Assembly (NCBI GenBank): GCA_016928075.1
Contig: JAFGLJ010000029.1
Coordinates: 4,399-68,398 of the forward strand
Direction: 5' to 3'
Length of the DNA: 64,000 nt
From: Bacteroidales bacterium
Lineage (GTDB): Bacteria; Bacteroidota; Bacteroidia; Bacteroidales; VadinHA17
Shown: positions 1 through 10,070 of the stretch, in pieces
How positions within the stretch are numbered: position 1 is the stretch's first letter
How the letters are laid out: every line of letters begins with the position of its first letter
Program-made: the position numbers and the translations under genes
Notes under the pieces: generated by a model
Databases searched by the model: none
Seen by the model: the letters and a program-made list of their open reading frames with translations, nothing else
Told to the model about the DNA's origin: nothing

Positions 1-90
1 CCTGCATGAAAAATTATTATCTCCTTTTCTTTGTCACTTTTGCATGACACCAGGAAGATCATGGATGATATAAACAAGGGCAGAAATATG

Positions 91-489
91 CTATTTAGCT
101 TTCTCATCAGGTCTTTTATTTATACTCCAGAAAAATTTCCTGGTTATTTCCTTCATAGATTTATTGAACTGGTCAGTAAGCTCATTATAGGCATTAATAA
201 GTTCAATTCCTTCCTGTGTAAGCTCAGTATGCCCTCCTTCGGATCCCCCACGATGCTTTTCAACAAGATTAAACCCCAGTTTCTCCTCCACTTCCCTGAT
301 CATCCCCCAGGCTTTTCTATAACTCATATTCATCCCCGCAGCTGCAGAGGACAATAACCCGGTCTCCCTGATTTCATTAAGCAGGCCAAATCCTTCCCAG
401 TCCAGAATTTTCTCATTATCGATTGTTTCGAGATTGATCTGGTATTTCAGGAAAACATTGTAATATTTTGAACCCTTTGGACCTGCCAT
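91..489 (-). CDS. modE: ModE-family winged-helix regulator (short, HTH-only form)
   Basis: LLNEIRETGLLSSAAAGMNMSYRKAW...LVEKHRGGSEGGHTELT is the ModE N-terminal HTH signature; 132 aa, no MOP domains. Confidence 0.85.
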   Translation of the reverse strand: MAGPKGSKYYNVFLKYQINLETIDNEKILDWEGFGLLNEIRETGLLSSAAAGMNMSYRKAWGMIREVEEKLGFNLVEKHRGGSEGGHTELTQEGIELINAYNELTDQFNKSMKEITRKFFWSINKRPDEKAK

Positions 490-526
490 AATTATTGGGT
501 TGAAAGAGTTGAGAAAGTTGAGTTTA

Positions 527-808
527 TTATTTATAAATACATCTGTAAGCTGTTTGTTCCTTGACTTTTAGCTTAAAGGTTGCGTCTTTTTCAACAATGA
601 AAGTCTCCCCTTCTTCGTAGTCTTTCCATCCGGATTCACCCGGTACCAGAACTGTTAGCACACCGGAGATAACAGTCATATATTCAACGGTTGAAGTGCT
701 GAACTCGTATTCACCGGGGGCCATAACACCAATAGTGGCCTGCCCGTCTTTATTTTTAAATGCAATGGATTTTACATTGCCGTCAAAATATTCATTTACT
801 TTAAACAT
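527..808 (-). CDS. ppnP: Pyrimidine/purine nucleoside phosphorylase (YaiE/PpnP cupin)
   Basis: MFKVNEYFDGNVKSIAF...ATIGVMAPGEYEFST...EYMTVISG; start moved to ATG at 808. Confidence 0.9.
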   Translation of the reverse strand: MFKVNEYFDGNVKSIAFKNKDGQATIGVMAPGEYEFSTSTVEYMTVISGVLTVLVPGESGWKDYEEGETFIVEKDATFKLKVKEQTAYRCIYK

Positions 809-876
809 AATGATAACAATTATATTAATTAACAATCAGAGCGGATTGTCTGCAAATTTAAAGTTTTATTGCATTT

Positions 877-3193
877 CTAAAACAAATACGTGAGCTCCAT
901 TCTTATAAATATGCCATAATTTATAAATCCATCATCAACGAGTGCAACTTTGTCGAAGATATTTTCAACATCAAATTTAATGTTAATGTGGCCTAGAGTT
1001 TTCCAGAACCTGACATCAACCGTAGAAAAAGGATCAATCAGCAGGGTATTCATATCATCGGCATAATGTTCGCCTTTATAATTCATTACAGCACTTAAAT
1101 TCACTATTTTATTTCTCCAGCTCATTCCTGCCGATAACTTGTGTTTGGGCACATAAGTCAAATACTTGCCTGTAATATCTTCACTCTGGCTGCTTATTTC
1201 CGGATCAAATTCAGTTATTATAGATTCGTTATAACTGTAATTTGCAAATAATCCTATTCCCCTGTTAAAATCATAGCTCAATTTCATTTCAGCACCCTTT
1301 ATTTCAACCTCGCCTATATTTTCAACCTGTCTTACAGGTCTCATGCGGCTTCCCATTTGAAGGCTGTCGCCTGTACTCACGTAATACATAAAATCTTTAC
1401 CTTTTGAAAAATAGACTGATGGGGACACTGATAACCCTTTAAAATGAAAGTCGGCGCCAAGCTCATACGAATCAAGGTTTTCAGGTTCCAGCATTGGATT
1501 AGCTTTTTTAAATCCACCCCTTACAAAACCTGAACGACATAGGTCGTCAAGTACGGAAGGGCGGAATCCATGGGAATACACTGCATAAACACGCAGGTTT
1601 TCCATGAATCCATACTGGGCTGACAATCTAGGACTTATGGCATTCCAGCTATGTTCATCCTGGTCCCTGTCCTCGAGGTCGACAAGAATGCTTGTTGCTG
1701 AAGTAGGATCTTTGATGTAATAAGCACCATCGAAATATTTTGCATTATCAAACCTCAGTCCAACGAGCAATATAAGTTTATCATTAAATGCTTTAATTTC
1801 ATCCTGTATAAATAAGGCATAATTATTCATTTTACCTCTGTTATATACCTTATCCGAAACCAGCTGGTATACATCAACGGCATCAACGCTTCCCTGCCTG
1901 ATATCGAATCCAGCTGTAAGGGTAGACGCTTTGCCCAGCGGCATTGATGCATTAACAAGCAACCCCATATCCCTGCGATCGGATTCAACTTTATAATACT
2001 TGCTATCACTGTCACTGTCATTCACTTTTAGATATCCTTCCTGCCTGAAATACAAACTGGAGTTTATTGAAACATTGCCCATCGATCCTTTATAGTTCAT
2101 CCTTGCCGAATAAGTATCGTGGTCAGCACTGCTTCCCACGGGATCAAAATAAATAAACCCTGTACCGCGCCTGTCATTGTAATAATTCAGCAATAACTCC
2201 ACCCTGTTATCTTCATTTATCTGGTAACCTGTTTTCAAATCGGCTCCATATTCCTGCATATCATTATTAATGGTTGTTGAAGCCGTGTCGGGTTCAGGAA
2301 TATAGTTTTCGTCCTCGTCCATAATAGCCAAATTTATATAGCCATCGCTCTATCTGTAATAACCGTTAACAGAATAGTAAAAACCTTTACCGGACTCAGC
2401 AGCATAATTACTGGCAATGTTAACTCTTCCACCCAAAGTATTTAGAGAACCATATTCGCCTTGCATAACCCTGGAATTCTTTTGCCGGCATTTTTGTTAC
2501 CACATTTATCACTCCCCCGAGTGCATTACCCCCATACAGTGATGAACCAAGTCCTTTCGTTATCTCTATCTTCTGCAGCTGGTCGGGTTGTATCAGGCTC
2601 CAGTTAACCGAGCCGCCATCAGACTTATTTATGGGAATTCCATCTATCAGTACAAGTACCCTTGCCTGGTTAATCCCGCTCATACCACGCATGACTATAT
2701 TGTTCTTATGAGATATAAAGCCACCAGGGTTATAAACATCAACACCAGAAACGCGGTTAAGGTAGCCCATTATATCTACAGAGGGTGCCTCGGCAAATAC
2801 CCTGGGCCCAACCAGCTCAAGACGGATGGGCACTTCTTCAAGTTTTCGTTCTGTCTTTGTCCCGGTAACAACTATCTCATCAGCCTGTATTATGGCCGGC
2901 GGCATTTCAATGGTGATCCTCAGATTCCTGGATGAGCTGAAATTAATTTGTCGTGTAATCGTCTCGTATCCTACAAATGACACCGTTAGTTGGTAAGGCC
3001 CGTCTTCAAGTCCATTAAACTCAAAGCGGCCATTGGAGTTGGTACTTGTCCCGGAACTTCCAGGATCCAGTATTACCGTGGCCCCGGGAAGTGTCATTCC
3101 GTTTGATCCATCAACAACCAGTCCATTGAGGTCCTGTGATTTAAGCATACAGGACATTAAGAACAAAACTGACAGGATAAGAATTTTTTTCAT
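877..3193 (-). pseudogene. TonB-dependent receptor (CarboxypepD_reg-like + plug + barrel), disrupted
   Basis: 2420..3193 encodes signal peptide, CarboxypepD-like domain and plug (IEITKG..SSLYGGNALGGVINVVT); 877..2331 encodes a barrel ending in F. They are joined by a frameshift at ~2458 and an in-frame TAG at 2350-2352 (...YYR*SDGY...). Confidence 0.85.
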
Positions 3194-3206
3194 AGTATTT
3201 GATTTT

Positions 3207-3230
3207 GGATATGTAATTTTCTACATAACG
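3207..3230. promoter_or_regulatory. Putative ModE box upstream of the TonB receptor
   Basis: GGATATGTA-N6-TACATAACG, close to the ModE consensus CGnTATATA-N6-TATATAnCG. Confidence 0.7.
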
Positions 3231-3281
3231 AATATAAAGATATAATTTTTAACAGAAATTGATTTTTATCAGAACAGCTTT

Positions 3282-4382
3282 TCACTCAATTAAGATAATA
3301 TAAGCGAGCTTTGCTCCTTTTAGATGCCTGTCGGCGAAAAAGTCGATGCCAGGATGCACCATGAAACGGCCGTCTTCATCATCAGGTTCATCAAGAAGGA
3401 TTACCTCGGCCATATCTGTCCGGTTCAGTATTTCAGACAATGAAAAGACAACTCTGTATGCGTCTTTTGCACCTATTGCTATCATTCCCCTCGCCAGGTC
3501 ATCATTTGTAAAACTGAACCTCTGCCTGAGCACTTCAGCGAGTGGCACACCTGTATAGTTATCTATGCTTCTGAGCCCTTTGTGCATGCCGAAAAACACT
3601 AAATCATGGCTCACCCTGAGGTCATTGACAGTCATGGAATTGTCAATAACAGTTGTCTTATTACCGGGTCCTCTGATCTCTATCTCAGGCGAAAACAGAG
3701 GTCTCAACCCTCTGCTACCGGGAAAACTTTGCGGGAAGGATCTTATGATAATTTTAGAAGGCTGGTCAATGTTTCTTACAGTAATATAATCATTTGAAGC
3801 TACCAAACGGGTCTTTTCGGGCAGAGTCCATTTTTCATCACTTGCCACAGGGAAAATTGGTTGAACATGAGTAGCAAGTATGATATCATGATTGTGAGTG
3901 GTAAAGAATAATTCTCCCCAGCTGAACACTGCCCTGTTTCCCCTGTCATTTTCAACAATCACGAAAATATCGGAGGTAAGACCAAATTCGCCTTTATTAT
4001 ATTTCGAAACCACGTAATCCTTTACTATATCAGAGAGTGAATAGCCGATATACTGAAATGCACCTCTGAATTCAGGTTTGCCATTCCTTTTCGCAGGGAA
4101 GTATTCCTTCACCACTACTGTGCGCTTAAGCAGTTTATCGACGTAAGCCTGACCATGGTTAAGGATTTCACCGCTTACATATGGCATATTCCCTTTCAGT
4201 TTTACAGCCCTATCATTATCATAGGGATCATTATTGTATTGAGCCCTAATCACAGGATTATCAAGATAATTCTGAAGGTATTCGGGCTTAAGTGTTTCTC
4301 CAGAAATAACATCAGGATCCTGGGCAGGCAGGCAGGTAAAGGAAAATAGCAAAATGAACAAGGGGAAGCATATTTTTCTCAT
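3282..4382 (-). CDS. Exported protein with two molybdopterin-oxidoreductase-like (Oxidored_molyb/PruR-like) domains
   Basis: Signal peptide; internal duplication YIGYSLSDIV..NRAVFSWGEL / YTGVPLAEVL..DAYRVVFSLSEI..ADRHLKG; no Cys in the mature chain. Confidence 0.6.
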   Translation of the reverse strand: MRKICFPLFILLFSFTCLPAQDPDVISGETLKPEYLQNYLDNPVIRAQYNNDPYDNDRAVKLKGNMPYVSGEILNHGQAYVDKLLKRTVVVKEYFPAKRNGKPEFRGAFQYIGYSLSDIVKDYVVSKYNKGEFGLTSDIFVIVENDRGNRAVFSWGELFFTTHNHDIILATHVQPIFPVASDEKWTLPEKTRLVASNDYITVRNIDQPSKIIIRSFPQSFPGSRGLRPLFSPEIEIRGPGNKTTVIDNSMTVNDLRVSHDLVFFGMHKGLRSIDNYTGVPLAEVLRQRFSFTNDDLARGMIAIGAKDAYRVVFSLSEILNRTDMAEVILLDEPDDEDGRFMVHPGIDFFADRHLKGAKLAYIILIE

Positions 4383-4409
4383 GTTTATAATGTGAATTGT
4401 AACAGGAAG

Positions 4410-4433
4410 CGAATATACTTTTTTTGCATATCG
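4410..4433. promoter_or_regulatory. Possible (weaker) ModE box
   Basis: CGAATATAC-N6-TGCATATCG, 27 bp upstream of the 4382 start; left half-site degenerate. Confidence 0.45.
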
Positions 4434-4567
4434 GTTGCAAACCGCAAGGAATTATTTCAAAAAATGAAGAAAGATCTTAATACCATGAACAGTGAAGAGA
4501 CTGGTAAATTATTCCCGGCATACATTAAGGATCCTTATCCGGCAAGGCCACATTTATTCAAGAAGGA

Positions 4568-6721
4568 TTATTGATAATCTCTGACCACTTCAATTAATTC
4601 CGGAAGGTCCATGCCGATCTTTTTAAGGAATTCTATCTTAGGCACCCCTTTCCTGTTCCATCCTCTTCTCTTGTAAACGGCATCGAGGAGGTTTTCGTAT
4701 TGTTTTTCCCTGTACTTACGAGTTATGGCTATTTTCTCTTCAACTGATTTGCTCTCAGGGTCAACACCTATCAATTCTTTCATCTGCTTATCGTACCTTT
4801 CAGCCCTTGATTCGTATTCTTCCACTGTGACAGGTCCGGCTGCGCGATACGGCTGCCTGTCATGTTCTCGTGTTCCATACCCTCTCCTGAGGTTGAATAT
4901 CCGCTGGAAGTTATACACTCTTTCAGAATCTTCTATTAGCCTGCGCTTATCAAATTCCCTGCCCGTAACTGCCTTATATATTGTTACATAATTATCAACA
5001 TGCTCGGGTACTTTTGCCGGTTCATCTGTTTCAGCATTATCTGCAGGTTCAACATCATTCCAGGGCAGTTTGCATAGTCCTACAAGCCCAAACCAAGTTC
5101 GGAACATCGGGAAATAATGCAATGCTTCAGCTTTATCCTCGAATGTTGGGATCTGGTTATTGACCATATCCATAAAGATAAGCCATGCTTCATCGTGCTG
5201 GGGTCCCTTGTTGGTCATGGCGAACCCACCCTGCTGAGCGAGGGATTCCTTGGAAATATACTGTGAATATTCCAGTCCTTTATTCTCCATACCTATATCA
5301 TTAAGAAAACCAGGATCACCCCATCCTTTCTCAATGAACAACTCTTTCATTTTCCTTATACCCATACCGGCTATCTTACCAAATCCTTCCCCACGGGCCA
5401 TCCTATGCATGAGTTCCATTGCTGCATCAGCATTGCCAAAATTCAATTTTAGCCCGCCGGTTTTTTCTTCATCAAGTATTCCATTCTCAAAACACTCCAT
5501 TATAAATGCAAGGAGTGTACCCCAGGTAATGGTACATATACCATATGTATCACAATAGAAATTAGATTCGAGGATATAATCAGTGCTGAAAATACCGCAG
5601 TTTGACCCTAGTCCTCCTGCACTTTCATATTCCGGTCCGTCGACAATGACCTTTTGTCCTTTATAGGGACCTGTTCTAACTTTATAGTTATCAACACCTT
5701 TCGAGCACGACATGTTGCAGCCTATCCAGCATCCATCGGGTATTCCCTGGGTAAAGAGTTTTTTCCATTCTTCTGAATGAATTTTAAAAGCGTCAGGGTG
5801 GCTGCCGAACTTGTAATTATTCGTGGGCAGCAGATCATGATCGTTCATAATTTCTATCAGGTGTGCAGTGCCCACTTCTTTCATTCTGGATTGCTCGTGG
5901 TCGAGCTCACGCATTTCACGGTTAAAGCGTTGCCCTCTTTCCATAATAGCCTGTAAATCAATAACATTATTCAGATTTCCCTTAACGCCGGGCACCTTAC
6001 AAACAAGGGCTTTGATTTTTTTATTCCTGAACACCGTACCTGTTCCTCCCCTTCCTGCCTGTTTCATCCTGACAACTTTCCTTTTGGGATCATAGAAACT
6101 GAAATTGAGCATCCCTATGAGTGAATTATCCGCACCTCTTCCCGTGGACACAACAGCCACATTCTTTTTATCCCTTTCATCATCTGCATACATCTCAGTC
6201 AGCTGCTCAGCAAGCACATGGCTATCGAGGGCTTCTGCAGGTGCTTCGTATATCTCTATACTGTGGTTTATACCGTCAATATATATAATAACATCCTTTT
6301 CAGCCTTACCCTGTATTTCGAGTGCATCATAACCTGCAAATTTGAGAAATGGGCCAAAAAAACCCCCGACGTTACTGTCCATAACTGAATCGGTCTGAGG
6401 GGATATTGTTACCACAAGTGACTTACCGGTGCCTGAATACTGTGTTATTCCACCTACTGGTCCGGATGAAATTATTATTTCATTTTTTGGATCATTCCAG
6501 GGAGTGCGGGGCTCGGTAGCATCCCATAAAAGCCTCAAACCATATCCCTTTCCACCTATGAACTTCTCTTTCATTTGTTCATGGACATCCTTTTCCTTTA
6601 TCTCATTCGTTCCGACATTCACATAAAGGATCTTATCAGTATAACCTTTATTGAGTGGAGTCCATTCATATGAAAATTCTTTAAGTAACTTATGTTTTTC
6701 TTTAATTGCCTGTATATCCAT
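4568..6721 (-). CDS. aor: Aldehyde:ferredoxin oxidoreductase family (tungstopterin enzyme)
   Basis: FIGGKGYG, SNVGGFFG, AGRGGTGTVF, CxxxCxxxC, DGPEYE, CDTYGICTI, YKRRGW motifs. Confidence 0.92.
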   Translation of the reverse strand: MDIQAIKEKHKLLKEFSYEWTPLNKGYTDKILYVNVGTNEIKEKDVHEQMKEKFIGGKGYGLRLLWDATEPRTPWNDPKNEIIISSGPVGGITQYSGTGKSLVVTISPQTDSVMDSNVGGFFGPFLKFAGYDALEIQGKAEKDVIIYIDGINHSIEIYEAPAEALDSHVLAEQLTEMYADDERDKKNVAVVSTGRGADNSLIGMLNFSFYDPKRKVVRMKQAGRGGTGTVFRNKKIKALVCKVPGVKGNLNNVIDLQAIMERGQRFNREMRELDHEQSRMKEVGTAHLIEIMNDHDLLPTNNYKFGSHPDAFKIHSEEWKKLFTQGIPDGCWIGCNMSCSKGVDNYKVRTGPYKGQKVIVDGPEYESAGGLGSNCGIFSTDYILESNFYCDTYGICTITWGTLLAFIMECFENGILDEEKTGGLKLNFGNADAAMELMHRMARGEGFGKIAGMGIRKMKELFIEKGWGDPGFLNDIGMENKGLEYSQYISKESLAQQGGFAMTNKGPQHDEAWLIFMDMVNNQIPTFEDKAEALHYFPMFRTWFGLVGLCKLPWNDVEPADNAETDEPAKVPEHVDNYVTIYKAVTGREFDKRRLIEDSERVYNFQRIFNLRRGYGTREHDRQPYRAAGPVTVEEYESRAERYDKQMKELIGVDPESKSVEEKIAITRKYREKQYENLLDAVYKRRGWNRKGVPKIEFLKKIGMDLPELIEVVRDYQ

Positions 6722-6810
6722 TTGTTCTTTCTTAAGTTTTATTTTCCTGTCTCTATTTTATTCGCAAGTCTAAGTTAGAGACCAAATATAGAGCATAAAA
6801 TGACATAAAT

Positions 6811-6834
6811 CAATATGTTAGAAAATACATATCG
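6811..6834. promoter_or_regulatory. Putative ModE box in the divergent aor / DUF364 spacer
   Basis: CAATATGTT-N6-TACATATCG. Confidence 0.7.
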
Positions 6835-6921
6835 AAGAAAAGGTAAAAGACAAAAAGAGAGGTAATATATATCATTTATTTGACCAGGTAAAAGAATTAT
6901 TTTTGAAGGAAATATAATTAG

Positions 6922-7644
6922 ATGGATGAACCAATAAAGTATTTTTATTCTATTAAGGGTTTTGACAGGGCTGATATCAGTGAATGTGTTCTAGGCGAAA
7001 AATATGTTGCTATAATGAACAATAGTGGGAATATTGGGGTATGCGCCACACTTGGCAATAAAATGAATGATAAGCTTCTGGCTGGAGAGCAACCCGATAT
7101 TGGCAATCAAATACACAGGATAATCCTTAACGCGTACTATAATTCCATTTGCAACTATGAAAGGAATTATGAGGATATAAAAGATATTTTTGACTGCATT
7201 GATTTCAGCAAATATCGAAGGATAGTTATGATTGGTTATTTTGAAAGTTTATATGACAAGTTTTCCTTAAACAATATCCACCTGGAAGTGTTTGATATTC
7301 ATAAAGAAAGTCATATACTGTCGGATCTTTCAAATATGAAAGAATCATTGAAGGAGGCCGAAACCATAATACTATCAGGTACAACTATTTTTAATAATAC
7401 TTTTAACGATATAGTTGATCAAACGCCTGATAAATGCAATATTTTCCTGCTCGGCCCATCAAATATTTTATCTGAAGAAATGTTCAGATATCGTAATATT
7501 AAGGTTGTTTTCGGTTCGGTATTCAATCCCGGAGACCGCCGTGTGCTCAACAGCATTGCCAGTGGCCATGGAACGAGGGGATTTCTTCCATATCTTAATA
7601 AAGTGTATATTATAAAGGATAATTACAGGAATGAAATTCAGTGA
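6922..7644 (+). CDS. DUF364 family Rossmann-like protein
   Basis: IVMIGYF...IILSGTTIFNNT...FLLGPS pattern typical of DUF364. Confidence 0.75.
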   Translation: MDEPIKYFYSIKGFDRADISECVLGEKYVAIMNNSGNIGVCATLGNKMNDKLLAGEQPDIGNQIHRIILNAYYNSICNYERNYEDIKDIFDCIDFSKYRRIVMIGYFESLYDKFSLNNIHLEVFDIHKESHILSDLSNMKESLKEAETIILSGTTIFNNTFNDIVDQTPDKCNIFLLGPSNILSEEMFRYRNIKVVFGSVFNPGDRRVLNSIASGHGTRGFLPYLNKVYIIKDNYRNEIQ

Positions 7645-8236
7645 AATAAAAAGTCATCTGGGAGGATACAGTGTTGGGATTGCCGGCGCAGGCGGACTCG
7701 GGTCGAACTGCGCCATAGCCCTTGCCCGCAGTGGCATAGGTCATTTAGTAATCGCTGATCATGATATTGTTGATAGCGGTAATCTGAACAGGCAGTATTA
7801 CTTTATTGACCAGGTAGGCATGAAAAAAACTGAAGCATTGAAGATGAATATAGAAAGGGTAAACCCGGAGACAAAGATTGATATTTATGATACAGAGCTA
7901 ACCAGGGAAAACATCCCTGTAATTTTCAGAGATTGCGATATAATAGTTGAGGCATTTGACAAAAGTGAAATGAAGCAGATGCTTGCAGAGACAGTATTGA
8001 GCCTTTGGCCTGAGCGGCCGCTTATCATGGGATCCGGGCTTGCCGGTTATGGAAAAACGAATAAACTGAAAGAAAGTTTCATGGGAAGAACTCTAATAGC
8101 CTGCGGTGACCAGGAATCAGAAATTTCGGATGAATTACCTCCTATGGCTCCGCGAGTAGGAATAGTTGCGAACATGCAGGCCAATGCTGTTGTTGAGATA
8201 TTAATGAAAAGGAAAAGTCATGAAAATAACACTTAA
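7631..8236 (+). CDS. thiF: ThiF/MoeB-family sulfur-carrier adenylyltransferase
   Basis: GIAGAGGLGSN, DHDIVDSGNLNRQ, APRVGIVANMQAN. Confidence 0.88.
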   Translation: MKFSEIKSHLGGYSVGIAGAGGLGSNCAIALARSGIGHLVIADHDIVDSGNLNRQYYFIDQVGMKKTEALKMNIERVNPETKIDIYDTELTRENIPVIFRDCDIIVEAFDKSEMKQMLAETVLSLWPERPLIMGSGLAGYGKTNKLKESFMGRTLIACGDQESEISDELPPMAPRVGIVANMQANAVVEILMKRKSHENNT

Positions 8237-8423
8237 TAACAGGCCAGAAGAGTTTGTCCAGGGTGAGATCACTGTAAGTGAAATGCTTAGAATAAAGAGG
8301 TTTACATACCGTATGCGCCTGGTTAAGATAAATGGCAAACTCATTAAAAAGGATGAATATGATAAAGCAATTATCCGTGAGGGTGACAATGTGCAGATGC
8401 TCTACCTGATGAGTGGCGGTTAA
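8220..8423 (+). CDS. thiS: ThiS/MoaD-type sulfur carrier
   Basis: 67 aa ubiquitin-like size, C-terminal GG. Confidence 0.85.
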   Translation: MKITLNNRPEEFVQGEITVSEMLRIKRFTYRMRLVKINGKLIKKDEYDKAIIREGDNVQMLYLMSGG

Positions 8424-8467
8424 TATATATAATTGATTATATTACAAATTTGTTTTAGGTTTGTAAT

Positions 8468-8812
8468 ATGAATGATTTCATTAAAACTTTCATAAATAAG
8501 ATACCTCCCATACTCAGGAACAGGTATTTCCTTACCCTTGTGGTATTCCTGATATGGATATTGCTTTTTGACAATAATAATCTTATTGACAGGTATCATT
8601 ATATGAAAAATCTTCGTCAGCTGGATAAAGACAAACGCTATTACCAGGAAAGAATAGAAGAAGACAGCAGGAAATTAAACGAACTCAAGACCAGCGATGA
8701 CAATCTTGAGAAATTTGCTCGCGAACAGTATTTCATGAAGAAAGAGAACGAAGACATATATATCATAGTGGGCGAAGATGATGAGAATTATTCAGAAAAT
8801 GATAAGAAGTAA
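8468..8812 (+). CDS. ftsB: FtsB/DivIC septum formation initiator family
   Basis: TM helix, coiled coil, LEKFAREQYFMKKENE. Confidence 0.85.
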   Translation: MNDFIKTFINKIPPILRNRYFLTLVVFLIWILLFDNNNLIDRYHYMKNLRQLDKDKRYYQERIEEDSRKLNELKTSDDNLEKFAREQYFMKKENEDIYIIVGEDDENYSENDKK

Positions 8813-8813
8813 T

Positions 8814-10070
8814 TTATCGTTCCATATCCCTGTATATCTTCAATAACCCTCCTGCGTTAACGGATGCATCAGGCTTACCCGTTTTCTTCAGGAAATCAGC
8901 CGCTGCTTTCTCCACCGGGATTTTCTCCAGGTAATATCGTGAGTGCAGGAAGTTCATGTACTTCACTATTCTGAACATATTAAACCAGTTGAAAAATCGT
9001 TTACGGAAAGAATCTTTTGATCCGGTGTTATTCTTTATCTCCGATAATTTCTGAGGCCATTCATTTTCGGCCAGAAATTCCTGCAGGCTTTCATGCAGGC
9101 CTTCAATGATTTGTCCGGATTTATTCATGTCGGCATCATATAATAACATTGTTTTATCAAAAAACTCCTTCAAGTATTCAAAACCTTTGGTATCATAAGT
9201 ATTGTAAGCCATTTTATCTTCTTCAGTCATTTTAGCTATTACGGGTCCGGTACCAAAGGGGACCCTGTCTGAAATTCTTGGTGAGGGTATTACGGTTGCA
9301 GTATTAAGGTAAAAATATCCCCCGGCAGGTATAAGCTTCTGAATGAAGTAAAAATCTTCTGCTCCCTTTCTTTTACTCATCCCCCCTGCTTTGGCATAAG
9401 TTTCTGCCTTAACTGCCATGGCTGAGCCAATGGTCTGGAAAACCCATGGATAGCCGGTATATTTCAATGACTGGTAATAATATCGCAGGTGCAGCTCATA
9501 CAGGGTAATTGCATCGTAAGTAGCCTGTGGAAGCTCACCGGTGAGTGGATGTTCAAAATATATTGAGCATGCCTTACGGTCGCTTCGTTTATAAAGTTTA
9601 TAGTACAGCTCTTCCAGGTAATTTTCCGAAACCCTGCAATCAGCATCAAGGGATACTATCACACCTTCGGGATTGTTTATATTGTTAAATCGTCCAAGAG
9701 CTTCATCCATCGCCATCTTTCTGGCCATACCTACTCCCCACCCGGGATTATTCTGAATTCCCGCATCATAAAAAAGCATATTAACAAATGCATCCTTATT
9801 GTCCTTCCTCCATGAAACCAGCTCACTTACAGTAGTATTGTTTTCTTTTACCTGTGATATGGTGACACGGGCCGGAGCATTAACAAGAATTATTACTTCA
9901 ACCTGGCAAGGCGGATTTTTACACTTGAGCAATGAATTGAGGGTAAAAATAATCCCGGGTTCATTAAAAGCCGGGATTATGATTATTATTCCGGTATCTT
10001 TTGCCGGTATATCTGGAAACAATGTATCAACAAGTGTTTTGTTTGCCAGATAGGTGGATGCAAAACCCAT
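8814..10070 (-). CDS. Glycosyltransferase family 2 protein
   Basis: IIIPAFNE, SLDADC (DxD), AEDFYF. Confidence 0.8.
   Translation of the reverse strand: MGFASTYLANKTLVDTLFPDIPAKDTGIIIIIPAFNEPGIIFTLNSLLKCKNPPCQVEVIILVNAPARVTISQVKENNTTVSELVSWRKDNKDAFVNMLFYDAGIQNNPGWGVGMARKMAMDEALGRFNNINNPEGVIVSLDADCRVSENYLEELYYKLYKRSDRKACSIYFEHPLTGELPQATYDAITLYELHLRYYYQSLKYTGYPWVFQTIGSAMAVKAETYAKAGGMSKRKGAEDFYFIQKLIPAGGYFYLNTATVIPSPRISDRVPFGTGPVIAKMTEEDKMAYNTYDTKGFEYLKEFFDKTMLLYDADMNKSGQIIEGLHESLQEFLAENEWPQKLSEIKNNTGSKDSFRKRFFNWFNMFRIVKYMNFLHSRYYLEKIPVEKAAADFLKKTGKPDASVNAGGLLKIYRDMER

Noticed and set aside
499-525. 9-bp GTTGA repeats upstream of modE as an operator
   Set aside because: Three degenerate units, not distinguishable from low-complexity spacer
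2350-2352. Pyrrolysine or amber recoding in the TonB receptor
   Set aside because: An independent frameshift lies nearby, TAG is an ordinary stop in other genes here (e.g. folE, rplY), and no pyl genes are in the window
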